Assembly: GCA_963804645.1 (NCBI GenBank)
Contig: CAWDRG010000001.1
Span: 128,696-192,695 of the forward strand
Source of the DNA: an uncultured Bacillota bacterium
GTDB lineage: Bacteria; Sysuimicrobiota; Sysuimicrobiia; Sysuimicrobiales; Segetimicrobiaceae
Direction of reading: 5' to 3'
DNA: 64,000 nt
Below the pieces are notes generated by a model. That model ran no database searches. It had not been told where the DNA came from and saw only the letters and a list, made by a program, of their open reading frames with translations. Shown one piece after another: positions 1 through 11,786 of this stretch. Made by a program: the position numbers and the translations under genes. The stretch's first letter is position 1, and every line of letters starts with the position of its first letter.

Positions 1-136
1 GAGGATGCCGGCCTCGAACAGGGCTGACCGGCGCGATACCCGGCCGGCCCCGGGTCGGGATCACCCGCGGGCCGCTCGCACCCGATCTGCTGTTCGACTC
101 CACCCGGTGGCGCGCCCGGCCGGATCGGGAATTAAC

Positions 137-167
137 GGCGAAACGGCGGGGAACCCGCCGCTTCGCC
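137..167 (-). terminator. Putative intrinsic terminator of the efflux operon
   Basis: Hairpin GGCGAA-n-CGGCGGG/CCCGCCG-n-TTCGCC just past the permease stop, followed on the minus strand by GTTAATT; the U tract is weak. Confidence 0.5.
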
Positions 168-189
168 CTGCGGTTCCGGTCGACCGCCC

Positions 190-1407
190 CTACTCGTACC
201 GCAGCGCGACGATGGGATCGAGCGCCGCCGCCCGCTCCGCGGGGTAGAACCCGAACACCACGCCCACCACGAGCGATGACACAAACCCCAAGACGATCGA
301 GAACCCGGACACGAGCACCGGCCAGTGTGCGAGGGCGGATGTCGTCTCGGCGGTGGCGAGCCCCATCGCGATGCCGATCAGCCCGCCGAGACACGCGAGG
401 GTCAGCGCCTCGACTAGAAACTGCAGCAGGATGTCGCGACCCCGGGCGCCGACGGCCATGCGCAGGCCGATCTCGCGGGTGCGCTCGGTGACGGACACCA
501 GCATGATGTTCATGATGCCGATCCCGCCGACGACCAGCGAGACGACGGCGATGCCGGCGAGCAGCAGCGCCTGCGTCGCCGACGTGGCGAGCCGGACCTG
601 CTGGACGTCCGCGATGTTCCGGACGGAAAAGTCATCCGGCTGCGCCGCGGCCAGATGATGCCGGAGCCGCAGCAGGCGCTCCGTCGCGTCCGCGACCCCC
701 GCGACGCCCTCCGAGGTGGCCGCCGAGACGAAAATGGTGTTGACCCAGCTCTGCCCCGTCAACCGGTCCTGCAGCGTCGTGATCGGCACCATCACGACGT
801 CGTCCTGGTCCTGGCCGAACCCGGACTGCCCTTTCGCGGCGAGGACGCCCACGACGCGGAAGGGCACGTTCTTGATGATGACGGTCGAGCCGACGGCGCC
901 GCCCCCGGGAAACAGGTTGGTGTTCACGGTGTCGCCGAGCACGGCGACCTTCGCCCGCTGGTCGACCTCGGACTGGGTGAAGAACCGTCCCTGCGCGACC
1001 GGCCAACTCCGCACGATCGTGTACGAGGGGGTCGTGCCCCCGATCCGGGTGTACCAGTTCAGCCCGGCGGAGACGACCTGGGCGCTCGTCGACGAGTACG
1101 GGGCCGCCCCGGCCACGTCCGGGACGATCTGCGCGATCGCCGTCACGTCGGGCAGCGTCAGCGTCGTGCGGCTGCCGGTGCCGAGGCTGACCCCGCCGCT
1201 CGAGATCGCGCCGGGGATGACGACGATCAGGTTCGCCCCGAGGCTCTCGATCTGCGCCAGCACCGCGGCCTGCGCCCCGGCGCCGATGGCCATGGACGTG
1301 ATCACCGCGCCGACGCCGATGATGATGCCGAGCATTGTCAGAATCGATCGGGTGACGTTGCGGCGGAGCGCCTGCCAGGCGATCCGCATCAGGCCCATCA
1401 GATTCAT
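190..1407 (-). CDS. MacB-like ABC transporter permease
   Basis: RSILTMLGIIIGV N-terminal helix and VGGIGIMNIMLVSVTERTREIGLRMAVGA motif; start moved to ATG 1407, which overlaps the upstream stop. Confidence 0.93.
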   Translation of the reverse strand: MNLMGLMRIAWQALRRNVTRSILTMLGIIIGVGAVITSMAIGAGAQAAVLAQIESLGANLIVVIPGAISSGGVSLGTGSRTTLTLPDVTAIAQIVPDVAGAAPYSSTSAQVVSAGLNWYTRIGGTTPSYTIVRSWPVAQGRFFTQSEVDQRAKVAVLGDTVNTNLFPGGGAVGSTVIIKNVPFRVVGVLAAKGQSGFGQDQDDVVMVPITTLQDRLTGQSWVNTIFVSAATSEGVAGVADATERLLRLRHHLAAAQPDDFSVRNIADVQQVRLATSATQALLLAGIAVVSLVVGGIGIMNIMLVSVTERTREIGLRMAVGARGRDILLQFLVEALTLACLGGLIGIAMGLATAETTSALAHWPVLVSGFSIVLGFVSSLVVGVVFGFYPAERAAALDPIVALRYE

Positions 1408-2231
1408 GCGCGCACCTCCGGCGCACTGACTTCGGCCAGCGCTGCGGTCCGCACCGCCGCCGGGATGACCTCCGCGGACGGGCGGTCGTCGATGATCAGG
1501 CCATCCTTGAACGTGACCACCCGCTTGGTCCACGCGGCCACGGTGATGTCGTGGGTCACCACGACGACCGTGATGCCGTGGTCGCGGTTGAGCCCGCGGA
1601 ACAGCGCCATGATGTCGGCGCTGCTCGCGCTGTCGAGGTTGCCGGTCGGCTCGTCCGCCATGAGCAGCGGGGCGTTGTTCGCGAGGGCGCGGCCGATCGC
1701 AACGCGCTGCTGCTGGCCCCCCGACAGTTCGCTCGGCAGGTGATCGAGCCGGTTCCCGAGCCCCACCTGCTGGAGCACCTCCACCGCGCGGCGCTTCCGC
1801 TCCTGCGCGGGCACACCGGCGTACACCATCGGCAACTCCACGTTCTCCTCCGCGCTCGTGCGCGCCAGCAGGTTGAAGCTCTGGAACACAAATCCGATCC
1901 GCTTGTTGCGGACAATCGCGAGCTCGTCGCGGCCGAGCCGGGAGACCTCCTGCCCGGCCAGCGCATACGTGCCCGACGTCGGGTGATCGAGGCACCCGAG
2001 CAGGTGCATGAACGTGGACTTGCCGGACCCCGACGGTCCCATGATCGCGACGAACTCACCCGTCCGAATGGTCAGGCTCACGCCGCGCAGCGCGTGGACG
2101 GCCATGTCGCCGGTCCCGTAGACCTTCGTCATGTCGTGGACCTCGATCAGGACCTCGGCCGCGGCCCCGCCGTTTCCCGGCGCGCGTGCGCCGGCCTCCG
2201 CCGTGGCGCCGATCGGCGTGCGCGCGTTCAT
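1404..2231 (-). CDS. ABC transporter ATP-binding protein (MacB/LolD type)
   Basis: Walker A GPSGSGKST, signature LSGGQQQR, Walker B ADEPTGNLD, H-loop VTHD. Confidence 0.95.
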   Translation of the reverse strand: MNARTPIGATAEAGARAPGNGGAAAEVLIEVHDMTKVYGTGDMAVHALRGVSLTIRTGEFVAIMGPSGSGKSTFMHLLGCLDHPTSGTYALAGQEVSRLGRDELAIVRNKRIGFVFQSFNLLARTSAEENVELPMVYAGVPAQERKRRAVEVLQQVGLGNRLDHLPSELSGGQQQRVAIGRALANNAPLLMADEPTGNLDSASSADIMALFRGLNRDHGITVVVVTHDITVAAWTKRVVTFKDGLIIDDRPSAEVIPAAVRTAALAEVSAPEVRA

Positions 2232-3751
2232 CGCCCGGCACCTCCGCCGCCCGCTCCACCGGCACCACCGCCGCCCGCCCCGCCGGCACTTCCGCCGCCG
2301 GTTGACCCGCGCGGCGCGGCGCCGACCCGCTGCGCGATGATCACGTCAGTACCTTCCGACAGCTGACCGCTGAGGATCTGGATGTTTTGATTGTCGGACG
2401 CCCCGATCACGATCCGCACGGCGGCCGGCCGCCCGGCGCGGAGGACCCAGACCGTCACGGTCGACCCGGGAGCGCCGGCCACCGGCGCGCTCGGGCCTCC
2501 CTGGGTCGTGCCGCTCTGCACGAGACCGCCGGCGGCCGAGGCGCCGCCCGCCGCGCCGCGCGAGAAGGTCGGGCGATACAAGACCGCCGCGATCGGGACG
2601 GTCAACACGTGCTTGGCGCTCCCGGTGTCAATCGTGACCTGCGCAGTCATCCCGGGGAACAATCGGGCCGACGTATCGTGCACGGCCACGACCGCATCGT
2701 ACGTGACCACGTTCTGCACGATGGTCGGGTTGATGCGGACCTGCTGCACGGTCCCCTGGAACGTCACGTTCGGATACGCGGTCACGGTGATCTGCGCCGC
2801 GTCGCCCATTTTCACGCTGCCGATATCGGCCTCGTCGACCGACGTATCCACCTGCATGTCCGCCAGGTTCGTCGCGATGGTGAACAGGGTCGGCGTCGAG
2901 AGCGACGCGGCGACGGTCTGCCCGACCGTGACGTTCCGGGCCATCACGATCCCGTCCACCGGACTCTTGATGATCGTCTGGCTGAGGTTGTACTGCGCCT
3001 GATGCAGCTGCGCGGCGGTCGCCGCGACCTGGTGGACGGACGCGCTCGCCTGAGACGACGACGTCCCCACCTGCTCGCGCGCGGCCTGCAGTTGGGACGC
3101 GGCCGCCTGCACCTGCGCCTGCGCGACCTGCACTGCCGACTGGGTGGCGCGGACGTTCGACGTGTCGGTCGACACCGCCGTCTGGTCGGCGTCCATCTGA
3201 TTCTGGGGAATGTAGCCCTGCTTCAGCAGCTCGGCGTCGCGCTGCACGGTCGTGTTCGCGAGCTTGAGCGTCGCCTGCGACCCGGCCGCATTCGCCTGCG
3301 CGCTGCGGAGCGACGCCTGGGCCTGGGCGAGGGTGGCCGTCGCCGTCTGCACGGCCGCCTGGGACTGCGAGATGCCGTTCTGAGTCGCCGCGGCGGTGGA
3401 CTGCGCCGCTTCCATGTTCGCGCTGTCCTGCGCGACCGACGCCTGGAACTGCGTCGGATCCAGGGTCGCCAAGACCTCGCCCGGGGTAACCTTGGAGTTG
3501 TAGTCGACGTTCAGCGTCGCGATCGTACCCGACACCTGCGTCCCGATCTGAATCTCGTTCACCGGGTTGACCGTGCCGGTCTCGCTGACCGTCGACGTCA
3601 CGTCCGCGTACGCGACCTTGGCCGTGACGTAATTCACCCGGGTGCGGCGGCCGGTCAGCTGCCGGTAGCCGTAGACCGCGCCGCCGACCACGACGACCGC
3701 GATCAGCACCATCACGATGATGCGACGCATGCGTGCTCCTCCGCCTGTCAT
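2228..3751 (-). CDS. Periplasmic adaptor (membrane fusion protein, MacA-like)
   Basis: N-terminal anchor, IGTQVSGTI lipoyl-like motif, long Gln/Ala coiled coil, IKSPVDG and VDEADIG motifs. Confidence 0.9.
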   Translation of the reverse strand: MTGGGARMRRIIVMVLIAVVVVGGAVYGYRQLTGRRTRVNYVTAKVAYADVTSTVSETGTVNPVNEIQIGTQVSGTIATLNVDYNSKVTPGEVLATLDPTQFQASVAQDSANMEAAQSTAAATQNGISQSQAAVQTATATLAQAQASLRSAQANAAGSQATLKLANTTVQRDAELLKQGYIPQNQMDADQTAVSTDTSNVRATQSAVQVAQAQVQAAASQLQAAREQVGTSSSQASASVHQVAATAAQLHQAQYNLSQTIIKSPVDGIVMARNVTVGQTVAASLSTPTLFTIATNLADMQVDTSVDEADIGSVKMGDAAQITVTAYPNVTFQGTVQQVRINPTIVQNVVTYDAVVAVHDTSARLFPGMTAQVTIDTGSAKHVLTVPIAAVLYRPTFSRGAAGGASAAGGLVQSGTTQGGPSAPVAGAPGSTVTVWVLRAGRPAAVRIVIGASDNQNIQILSGQLSEGTDVIIAQRVGAAPRGSTGGGSAGGAGGGGAGGAGGGGAGR

Positions 3752-5172
3752 GACGTGCCTCCCACCGTGCTGCTCAGGATTGGCAGCCCTTGCGAGTTCT
3801 GCAGGGCCGCGAGCGCGCTTTCGTACGTGTACAGTGCGGTCACCGCGGCCACGTCGGCCTGGGCCGCGGTCGTCTGGGCGGTCGTCACCTGGAGAAACGT
3901 CGTCACCCCGGCGCGGTACTGTCCCTCCGCCACCTGCAGCGCCTGGTCGGCCGCCTGCGCGGCCGCCTGGGTCGCCGTCACGTTCGCCGCGTCCTGCACG
4001 GCGGTCAGATACGCCTGGTACGCGTTCTGGCGGATGGCCAGCTGCGTCGAGCTGAGCTGCGCCTGGGCCTGCTGCAGGCTCGCCTGGGCCTGCTGAATCT
4101 CCGCCTTACCCTTGCCGGCGTCGTACAGGGGAAGGCTCACGGTCCCAGCCAGCCCGTACGACGCGGAGTTGTTGGAAAACTGGTTCGAGCTGTACGGCGT
4201 GTAGCCGGCGTTCAGCGAGACGCTGATCTGCGGGCCCGCAGTGACCTGCGCCTGCTGGACCCCGGCCTGGGCACTGGCCACCTGCGCCTGCGCCACCGCG
4301 ATCTCCGGCCGGTTGGCCAGCGCCTGCTGAATCACCGTGGTCGAGGTCACCGACACCTGCGTCGGGGGCGCCGGCGGCTGCTGCACCGCCACGTCCGCGG
4401 TCACATCGGCGCCGAGCACACCCTGCAGCGTCGACTTGTTCGTGGCGATCTGCGACTCCGCGCTCAAGAGATTGACCTGCGCCTGCGCGACCTGCGACTG
4501 CGCCTGAATGACGGCCGATTGCGCGGCGACCCCCGCGGCGACCTGCGCCTGGACCAGCGCCAGCTCGTCCTGCGCCTGCTTCAGCGCCGCCTGCTGCACG
4601 GTCGTCTGCTGCTCGGCGCTCAGGACGCTGAAGAAGGCCGTCGCGGTCTGAAGCTCGATGCTCTGCTCGGTCTGCCGGAGCGCCGCCTGGGCGTTTGCGA
4701 GCGTCGCCTGGGCCGAGGCGACCGCCGCCTGGGTCTTGCCGCCGTCGTAGAGCGGCAGGCTGCCGACGATCCCCACCGAGCCGCTGCTCTGCGCGGCCGG
4801 CAGGACCGTGCTCACCCCGTTGACGTTTTGCGTGGTCGTGGTCCCCTCCCCGCCGGTCCCCTGGACCGAGATCGTCGGCGCCAGTCCGGTGCGTGCGACC
4901 GCCACGCCCTGGGTGGCCGCGGTCACCGCCGCCTGGGCGGCGACGACCTGCGGGTTGTCGGCGAGCGCGGTCTTGATCGCCTGGTCGAGCGTCAGCACCG
5001 GTCCGCCGGGCGCCGGGGACGCAGGGGCCGGGGCGGGCGCGGGATAGGGTGCGGCTTGGGCAGAGACACCGCCCGAGCCGGGCGCGGCGGCGAAGGCCGC
5101 GGCGCCCGGCCCCGCCAGCTCAACTATCACGGCCAGGGCCGATACGATCGCGACGAACGCGGCGCGTTTCAT
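3748..5172 (-). CDS. TolC-family outer membrane efflux protein
   Basis: Signal peptide, LTLDQAIKTALADNP, two repeats with SLPLYDGGK/SLPLYDAGK; in operon with the adaptor and ABC genes. Confidence 0.88.
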   Translation of the reverse strand: MKRAAFVAIVSALAVIVELAGPGAAAFAAAPGSGGVSAQAAPYPAPAPAPASPAPGGPVLTLDQAIKTALADNPQVVAAQAAVTAATQGVAVARTGLAPTISVQGTGGEGTTTTQNVNGVSTVLPAAQSSGSVGIVGSLPLYDGGKTQAAVASAQATLANAQAALRQTEQSIELQTATAFFSVLSAEQQTTVQQAALKQAQDELALVQAQVAAGVAAQSAVIQAQSQVAQAQVNLLSAESQIATNKSTLQGVLGADVTADVAVQQPPAPPTQVSVTSTTVIQQALANRPEIAVAQAQVASAQAGVQQAQVTAGPQISVSLNAGYTPYSSNQFSNNSASYGLAGTVSLPLYDAGKGKAEIQQAQASLQQAQAQLSSTQLAIRQNAYQAYLTAVQDAANVTATQAAAQAADQALQVAEGQYRAGVTTFLQVTTAQTTAAQADVAAVTALYTYESALAALQNSQGLPILSSTVGGTS

Positions 5173-6323
5173 GTGCCCTCCTGAAGGCGCATTGGCAGTC
5201 GAACGGTGAACGTGCTGCCGGCACCGGGCGTGCTCTCCACGGTCACCCGGCCGTGATGGGCTTCGACCAACGACTTGACGATCGCGAGCCCGAGGCCCGT
5301 GCCCCCGCTGGCCCGGGCGCGCGACGGATCGGCCCGATAGAAGTGCTCGAAGATGTGCGGCAGGTCGGCCGCGCCGATGCCCCGGCCGGTGTCGGCGACC
5401 TGGAACCGCAGCCCCCCGTCCTCCGCCCGCAGCGTGATCTGCACCGTGCCGCCCGCCGGCGTATACCGGAGCGCGTTTTCCACGAGATTCTGCACGATCT
5501 GACGCAGGCGGTCCGGATCCGCTTCCACGGGCGGCAGATCGGAGGGAATGGCCGTCCGCACGGAGATGCCGCGGTCCTGGAACGACGGGGTGAACGCTTC
5601 CACGGTCTCGGTGACGATCGCGGCGGCGTCGGTCGTCGTCGGATGCAGCTCCAGCTGGCCCGCCTGCGCGAGCGACAGATCGCGCAGATCCGTGATCAGC
5701 CGGCGCAGCAGGAGCGTCTGGCTGTGCAGCGCGGCGATCCGGTCCGGGGTCGCATCCACCACGTGATCGAGCATGCCTTCGAGCGTCCCCTGGATCACGG
5801 AAAGCGGCGTCCGCAGCTCGTGCGTGATCCCCGCGAACAACTGCCGGCGCTGCTGTTCATCCAGCTCGAGCTGGGTGGCCATGCGGTTGAACGCCCGCCC
5901 CAGATCCGCGATCTCGTCGGGACCGGCGACCGGCACGGGGACCGGCGACCGGCCCTGGGCGATCGCCCGGGCGCCCCGGGTGAGCTCGGTCACCGGACGC
6001 ACGATCCGCCGAGCGAGCCAGAGCGCGACGAGTGCCCCAAGGCCCGCGGCCAGGGCCGTGCCGCCCCAGATCGCGAGCGTGATGCGCCACTGGAACGTGC
6101 GCTCCCGGGCCCCGAACCGGCCGCGCGGCCGTCCCGGCGCGGTCAAGACCGCCGGCGGGGTCGGCGCGCTGATCCCGGGTGCGCCCTGGGGCTCCGCCGG
6201 GCGCTCGACGTACTGGCGAAACGTCGAGCGCGCGGTGTAGGTGGCGAAGGTGGCGGCCAGCACGGTCGCGAGCACCGCGATCCCGATGAACGCCGTGATC
6301 AGCTGGACGCGCAGGCTACGCAC
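5169..6323 (-). CDS. HAMP-domain sensor histidine kinase (BaeS-like)
   Basis: Two TM segments, HAMP, H-box THELRTPL, NALRY, DTGRGI, GGTGLGLAI. Confidence 0.93.
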   Translation of the reverse strand: MRSLRVQLITAFIGIAVLATVLAATFATYTARSTFRQYVERPAEPQGAPGISAPTPPAVLTAPGRPRGRFGARERTFQWRITLAIWGGTALAAGLGALVALWLARRIVRPVTELTRGARAIAQGRSPVPVPVAGPDEIADLGRAFNRMATQLELDEQQRRQLFAGITHELRTPLSVIQGTLEGMLDHVVDATPDRIAALHSQTLLLRRLITDLRDLSLAQAGQLELHPTTTDAAAIVTETVEAFTPSFQDRGISVRTAIPSDLPPVEADPDRLRQIVQNLVENALRYTPAGGTVQITLRAEDGGLRFQVADTGRGIGAADLPHIFEHFYRADPSRARASGGTGLGLAIVKSLVEAHHGRVTVESTPGAGSTFTVRLPMRLQEGT

Positions 6324-7005
6324 GGCGATCCTCGCCGCCGGCGAACTTGTAGCCGACGCCGTACACGGTCACGATGTACCGGGGCATCCGCGGGTCCGGC
6401 TCGACCTTGCTGCGCAGATTCTTGATGTGCGCGTCCACCGTCCGCTCGTACCCTTCAAACGCGTGCCCCTGGACGCGATCGATCAGCTGCATCCGGGTGA
6501 ACACTTGATTTGGGTGGCTCGCGAGCGTCTCGAGCAGCCGGAACTCCGTCGGCGTGAGGTCGACGAGCCGGTCGGCCAGCGTGACCTCATGCCCCCGCAG
6601 ATCGATGGTGAGGTCGCCCGCGTGAATGACGGTCGCGCCCTCGCGGGACCCCCGGCGCAGCACGGCGCGCACCCGGGCGACGACCTCCCGGGGGCTGAAC
6701 GGCTTGGTGATGTAGTCGTCGGCGCCGAGCTCGAGCCCGAGCAACTTGTCGGTCTCCTCGTCGCGCGCGGTCAGCATGATGATCGGCGTCGTTCCCTCGG
6801 CGCGGATCCGCTTGCACACCTCGCGTCCGTCGAGCCGCGGCAGCATCACGTCCAGCAGCACCAGGTCGGGGGGTTGATGCCGCAGCGCCTCCAGCGCCGC
6901 CTCCCCATCGGGGGCATGCTTCACCGTGAAGCCGTCTCGCTCCAGGTACGAGCGCAGCAGGTCCACGATCTGAGGCTCATCGTCGACAACAAGAATCGTG
7001 GGCAT
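6316..7005 (-). CDS. OmpR-family response regulator
   Basis: ILVVDDE, LLDVMLP, ADDYITKPF, wHTH RTVDAHIKNLR and TVYGVGY; start set at ATG 7005. Confidence 0.93.
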   Translation of the reverse strand: MPTILVVDDEPQIVDLLRSYLERDGFTVKHAPDGEAALEALRHQPPDLVLLDVMLPRLDGREVCKRIRAEGTTPIIMLTARDEETDKLLGLELGADDYITKPFSPREVVARVRAVLRRGSREGATVIHAGDLTIDLRGHEVTLADRLVDLTPTEFRLLETLASHPNQVFTRMQLIDRVQGHAFEGYERTVDAHIKNLRSKVEPDPRMPRYIVTVYGVGYKFAGGEDRRA

Positions 7006-7253
7006 GGTCGCGACCCCCCCAGGCGAGAGCTGCCGAACGCGTACGGTATTCGTTTGACTCAGCATCGTCGAACTCCCCTCTCGCATCGCCCTACCGGAGC
7101 GCCGCGGCCGCGCTCAAAGCCGTCTTCCCCGACCGGTCCCGCACCTCGATCTCTCCGTCGGACGCCGCGCGCCCGTGCCGAACTCGGTCGCCCTCAGTGT
7201 AGGAATCGCGTGAGAAGAACTAATGAACGGGGGGTGAATTGGTCGTGAAACGG

Positions 7254-7436
7254 CTAGCGGGCGTCCCGACGGCGCGGCCGGGGCACGAGCTCGCCCCCGC
7301 AGTTCGGGCACACCTGGGACAGCTCCGCGGCGCACGTCAGGCAGAAGGTGCACTCGAAGCTGCAGATCAAGGCGTCGCCGTCGCCCGGCAGCGCGCGCCC
7401 GCACCGCTCGCAGACGGAACGCATCTCCAGGGCCAT
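7254..7436 (-). CDS. DUF1272-like small Cys-rich protein
   Basis: MALEMRSVCERC..ICSFECTFC..CPNCGGELVPRPRR; the tail of a long spurious ORF, real start ATG 7436. Confidence 0.85.
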   Translation of the reverse strand: MALEMRSVCERCGRALPGDGDALICSFECTFCLTCAAELSQVCPNCGGELVPRPRRRDAR

Positions 7437-7438
7437 CG

Positions 7439-10400
7439 CTACAGCGGGGACACTTCCATCGCGGCCTGCGGCGCGGGAATGTGTCCCTCGTCGATCGCGA
7501 CGAGGACGTCCAGGAACGCCGCGGCGGTGTCGAGGGAGGTGAAACACGGCAGGTGCCGCTCGAACGCGGCCCGCCGCATCGAGAAACCGGTGCGTCCGGG
7601 CGTCCGCCCCCGCGTCGGCGTGTTGATGACCAGGGCCACGGCGTGCTCCCGGATCAGGCGCAGTGCCGTCTGCGTGGCGCCGTTCTTTGAGACGTGGGTC
7701 GCGCGCACCCCGTGGTTCCCCAGGAACCGCGCCGTTTCGTCGGTCGCGTACACGGTGAACCCCAGGGCGGCGAACCGCCGGATCAGCGCGAGGGCCTCCG
7801 GCTTGTCCCGGTCCGCCACGCTCACGAGCAGGGCCCGCACTTTGGGCATCACGACCCCGGCGCCGACGAGCGCCCGGTACAGGGCTCCGGGCAGCGTCAC
7901 GTCCTGCCCCATCACCTCGCCGGTCGAGGTCATCTCGGGACCGAGCAGGACGTCGAGCTGCGCGAGCTTCTCGCTGCTGAACACCGGCGCCTTCACCGAC
8001 ACGCGCGCCGGCGGAGGCAGGACGGTCACGCCCGGATAGCCGAGGTCGGCCAGCGACGCGCCGAGCATCACGCGGATCGCGAGCGGCACGAGCGGCGCGC
8101 CGGCGGCCTTGCTGACGAACGGGATCGTCCGGCTGCTCCGCAGATTTGCCTCGAGGACGTACACCACGCCGTCTTTGACGACGAACTGGATGTTGAGGAA
8201 CCCCCGGACCTGCAGCGCCCGGGCGATCGCGACCGTGTGCGCGACCACCTGGTCGTGCGCCTCCGGCGCCAGGCCCGGCGCGGGGAACACGGCCACGCTG
8301 TCGCCCGAGTGCACGCCTGCGCGCTCGATGTGCCGCATGATCCCGGGCAAGTACACGGCGTCGCCGTCGCTGATCGCATCCACCTCGATCTCCGTCCCTT
8401 CGAGGTACACATCGATCAGGACCGGGTGATCCCCATCGGAGGCGAACGCGTCCTTGAGATAGCGCACGAGTTCCGTCTGCGTCGCGACGATCTCCATCCC
8501 GCGTCCGCCGAGCACGTACGAGGGGCGGACCAGCAGCGGGTATCCAAGGCGGTCCGCGACGGCAATCCCGTCGGCCAGGGTGCGCACCGCGTCGCCATTG
8601 GGATGCGCGATGCCGAGCCGGTTCAGCAGCGCCCCGAACTTGCCGCGGTCCTCGGAGACGTCCAGGCTCTCGACGGACGTGCCGAGCACCCGGACGCCGG
8701 CCTCGTCCAGCGGCCCGGCGAGATTCAGCCCGGTCTGCCCGCCGACCTGGACGATGACCCCGTCCGCGCCCTCCGCTTCGACCACGTGCAGCACGTCCTC
8801 CAGCGTCAGCGGGTCCACGTACAGCCGGCTCGCGACGTCGAAGTCCGTGCTGACGGTCTCGGGATTGTTGTTGATGAGCACGGCGTCCAGGCCGTCCGCG
8901 CGCAGGGCCTTCACGGCGTGCACGCTGGAATAGTCGAACTCGATCCCCTGCCCGATTCGGATCGGCCCGGAGCCGAGCACGACGACGCGCCGCCGTGGGC
9001 TCGACGGCACCTCGCTCTCCTCCGCGTACGTCGAGTAGAAATACGGCGTCTCTGCCGGAAACTCGCCGGCGCACGTGTCCACGACCTTGAACACCGGCCG
9101 GATCCCCGCGTCCCGGCGCGCTGCGCGCACCGCGGCCACGTCGGTGTCCCACAGCCGCGCGATCGTGGAGTCCGCGAACCCCCGCCGCTTCGCCGTCCGC
9201 AGCGTCTCGGGATCCCGCCGGCTGCGCAGCAGGGCTTCGATCCCGACGATGTTGGCGATCTTCTGCACGAAGAACAGATCGATGCGGGACAGATCCGCGA
9301 CCTCCTGCGGCAGCATGCCGCGCCGGAGGCCCTCGGCGAGCGCGAGCAGCCGCTCGTCGCACGGCTCCACAATCCTGCGGCGCAGCTCGTCCCGCGACCA
9401 CTGCCCCGCCGGCGCATACTGGAGGCCGTCGAGCTTGGCGTCGAGGGACCGCACGGCCTTCTGCAGCGCTTCCTCGACCGAGCGGCCGATCGCCATCGCC
9501 TCCCCGGTCGCCTGCATTTGGGTGCCGAGCCGCCGGTCGGCCTGCGGAAACTTGTCGAACGGCCACCGGGGGATCTTGACGACGCAGTAGTCGAGGGCCG
9601 GCTCGAATGCCGCGGAGGTCTTCCCCGTCACCGCGTTGCGGATCTCATCGAGCCGCTTGCCGAGCGCGATCTTCGCCGCCACCCGCGCGATCGGATACCC
9701 GGTGGCCTTGCTCGCGAGCGCGCTGCTGCGGCTGACGCGGGGATTCACCTCGATCACATAGTAGCGCTCGCTCGTGGGATCCAGCGCGAACTGGATGTTG
9801 CACCCGCCCTCGATCCCGAGCCCGCGGATGATCCGGAGGCTGGCGGAGCGCAGCATCTGGTACTCACGGTCGGTGAGCGTCTGGCTCGGCGCGATCACGA
9901 TGCTGTCGCCGGTATGCACGCCCATCGGGTCGAGGTTTTCCATGTTGCAGACGGTGATGCACGTGTCCGCACGGTCGCGCATCACCTCGTACTCGATCTC
10001 CTTCCACCCCGCGACCGACCGCTCGACCAGGACCTGCCCGATCCGGCTCACCGACAGCCCGAGCGACGCGATCTCGTCGAGCGCACGCTGGTCCCGGGCG
10101 ATCCCCCCACCCGTCCCGCCGAGCGTGTACGCCGGCCGCACGACGACCGGGTACCCGACCCGCGCGGCGAACGCGCGGGCTTCATCGAGGGACGTCGCGA
10201 CCGCGCTGTCCGGCACCGGCTCCCCGAACCGCAGCATCGCGTCCTTGAACTGCTGGCGATCCTCGGCCATACGGATCGCCTCGAGCGGCGTGCCGAGCAG
10301 GCGCACGTCGTACTTCTCCAGCACCCCGGCTTCGGCGAGGCCCACCGCGAGGTTGAGGCCGGTCTGGCCGCCGAGCGTCGCCAGCAGGCCCTGCGGCCGC

Positions 10401-10639
10401 TCCTTGGCGATGACGCGCTCGACGAACTCCACGGTCAGGGGCTCGATGTACACGCGGTCCGCGGTCTCGACGTCGGTCATGATCGTAGCGGGGTTGCTGT
10501 TGATCAGCACGACCTCGACGCCCTCTTCCGAGAGGGACCGGCACGCCTGACTCCCGGAATAGTCGAACTCCGCGGCCTGCCCGATCACGATCGGACCGGA
10601 CCCGACCACTAGGACCTTGCGGAGGTCGCGCGGCGGCAC
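7439..10639 (-). CDS. carB: Carbamoyl-phosphate synthase large subunit
   Basis: [17 protein letters not shown], second ATP-grasp [16 protein letters not shown]-terminal MGS domain; GTG start at 10639. Confidence 0.97.
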   Translation of the reverse strand: MPPRDLRKVLVVGSGPIVIGQAAEFDYSGSQACRSLSEEGVEVVLINSNPATIMTDVETADRVYIEPLTVEFVERVIAKERPQGLLATLGGQTGLNLAVGLAEAGVLEKYDVRLLGTPLEAIRMAEDRQQFKDAMLRFGEPVPDSAVATSLDEARAFAARVGYPVVVRPAYTLGGTGGGIARDQRALDEIASLGLSVSRIGQVLVERSVAGWKEIEYEVMRDRADTCITVCNMENLDPMGVHTGDSIVIAPSQTLTDREYQMLRSASLRIIRGLGIEGGCNIQFALDPTSERYYVIEVNPRVSRSSALASKATGYPIARVAAKIALGKRLDEIRNAVTGKTSAAFEPALDYCVVKIPRWPFDKFPQADRRLGTQMQATGEAMAIGRSVEEALQKAVRSLDAKLDGLQYAPAGQWSRDELRRRIVEPCDERLLALAEGLRRGMLPQEVADLSRIDLFFVQKIANIVGIEALLRSRRDPETLRTAKRRGFADSTIARLWDTDVAAVRAARRDAGIRPVFKVVDTCAGEFPAETPYFYSTYAEESEVPSSPRRRVVVLGSGPIRIGQGIEFDYSSVHAVKALRADGLDAVLINNNPETVSTDFDVASRLYVDPLTLEDVLHVVEAEGADGVIVQVGGQTGLNLAGPLDEAGVRVLGTSVESLDVSEDRGKFGALLNRLGIAHPNGDAVRTLADGIAVADRLGYPLLVRPSYVLGGRGMEIVATQTELVRYLKDAFASDGDHPVLIDVYLEGTEIEVDAISDGDAVYLPGIMRHIERAGVHSGDSVAVFPAPGLAPEAHDQVVAHTVAIARALQVRGFLNIQFVVKDGVVYVLEANLRSSRTIPFVSKAAGAPLVPLAIRVMLGASLADLGYPGVTVLPPPARVSVKAPVFSSEKLAQLDVLLGPEMTSTGEVMGQDVTLPGALYRALVGAGVVMPKVRALLVSVADRDKPEALALIRRFAALGFTVYATDETARFLGNHGVRATHVSKNGATQTALRLIREHAVALVINTPTRGRTPGRTGFSMRRAAFERHLPCFTSLDTAAAFLDVLVAIDEGHIPAPQAAMEVSPL

Positions 10640-10644
10640 AGCGG

Positions 10645-11766
10645 CTATCCGCGGGTCCCCGACGGCTCCGCCGCGTGGGCCGGACGGACGACCGGCGTGC
10701 CGCCGATCGTGTTCAGCCACTCATCGAACAGATAGGTGGAGTCCTGGGGCCCGGGGCGTCCCTCGGGATGGTACTGGATCGACATGATCGGCAGGCGCCA
10801 GTGGCGCAGCCCCTCCACGGTGCCGTCGTTCAGGTTGCGGTGGGTCACCCGCATCTCCGCACGATCCAGCGACGTTTCATCGACGGCGTACCCGTGGTTC
10901 TGGGTCGTCACGCACACGCGCCCGGTGTCCAGATCCTGCACGGGCTGGTTGCTGCCCCGGTGGCCGTACGGCAGCTTGAACGTCTCCGCGCCGGCCGCGC
11001 GTCCGATGATCTGATGCCCGAGACAGATCCCGAAGATGGGGAAGCGCTCCCACAGCGCACGCACCTGCGCCACCTCGCGCGACAGCCGCTGCGGATCGCC
11101 CGGGCCCGGACTCAGCACCAGGCCGGCGGGCTCGAGCGCGGCGACCTCCGCGGCCGTGGTGTGGTGCGGAAGCACCCACACATCACATCCCCGCTGCCGG
11201 AGGTTGTCGACGATCCCGCGCTTGACCCCGTAGTCGAGCACCGCGATGCGCGGTCCCGGCCCCGGGTGGTGCAGCACCGAGTCCGTGGAGACCTCCGCGA
11301 CGAGGTCCATCGTCCCGATCTCCGGGAGCGCCGCGGCGCACGCGACGAGCGTCGCCTCCGAGACTTCCTCGGTGGACACCACGCCGCGCTTGAGGCCGTG
11401 CGTGCGCAGGTGCCGGACGAGCCGGCGGGTGTCGACGTCGGAGATCCCCACGACCCCGCCCTGCGTCAGCGCGGAGGACAGGGTGCGCTCCGACTGCCAG
11501 TGGTGCGGCACCTCCGCGGCCTCGCCCACGACGAACGCCCGGACCTGCGGACGGCGCGACTCCCAGGCCTCCCCGCTCACCCCATAGTTGCCGATCAGCG
11601 GATAGGCCATCGTTACGACCTGCCCCCGGTAGGACGGGTCGGAGAGCACCTCTTCATATCCGGTCATCGCGGTCGTGAACACGACCTCGCCGCCCGCCGA
11701 GCCCCGGGCACCGATTCCCCGGCCCGAGAACACCGTCCCATCCTCAAGGACCAACCGCGCCTGCAT
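10645..11766 (-). CDS. carA: Carbamoyl-phosphate synthase small subunit
   Basis: [26 protein letters not shown] (catalytic Cys), QYHPE; ATG 11766 after a GGGAGGGA SD. Confidence 0.97.
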   Translation of the reverse strand: MQARLVLEDGTVFSGRGIGARGSAGGEVVFTTAMTGYEEVLSDPSYRGQVVTMAYPLIGNYGVSGEAWESRRPQVRAFVVGEAAEVPHHWQSERTLSSALTQGGVVGISDVDTRRLVRHLRTHGLKRGVVSTEEVSEATLVACAAALPEIGTMDLVAEVSTDSVLHHPGPGPRIAVLDYGVKRGIVDNLRQRGCDVWVLPHHTTAAEVAALEPAGLVLSPGPGDPQRLSREVAQVRALWERFPIFGICLGHQIIGRAAGAETFKLPYGHRGSNQPVQDLDTGRVCVTTQNHGYAVDETSLDRAEMRVTHRNLNDGTVEGLRHWRLPIMSIQYHPEGRPGPQDSTYLFDEWLNTIGGTPVVRPAHAAEPSGTRG

Positions 11767-11786
11767 CGCATCCCTCCCGACTCGGT

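Noticed and set aside
7190..7245. TTCAC/TTCAT/TTCTC/TTCCT spaced 10-11 bp upstream of the response regulator (possible OmpR-type boxes)
   Set aside because: Too short and degenerate to support
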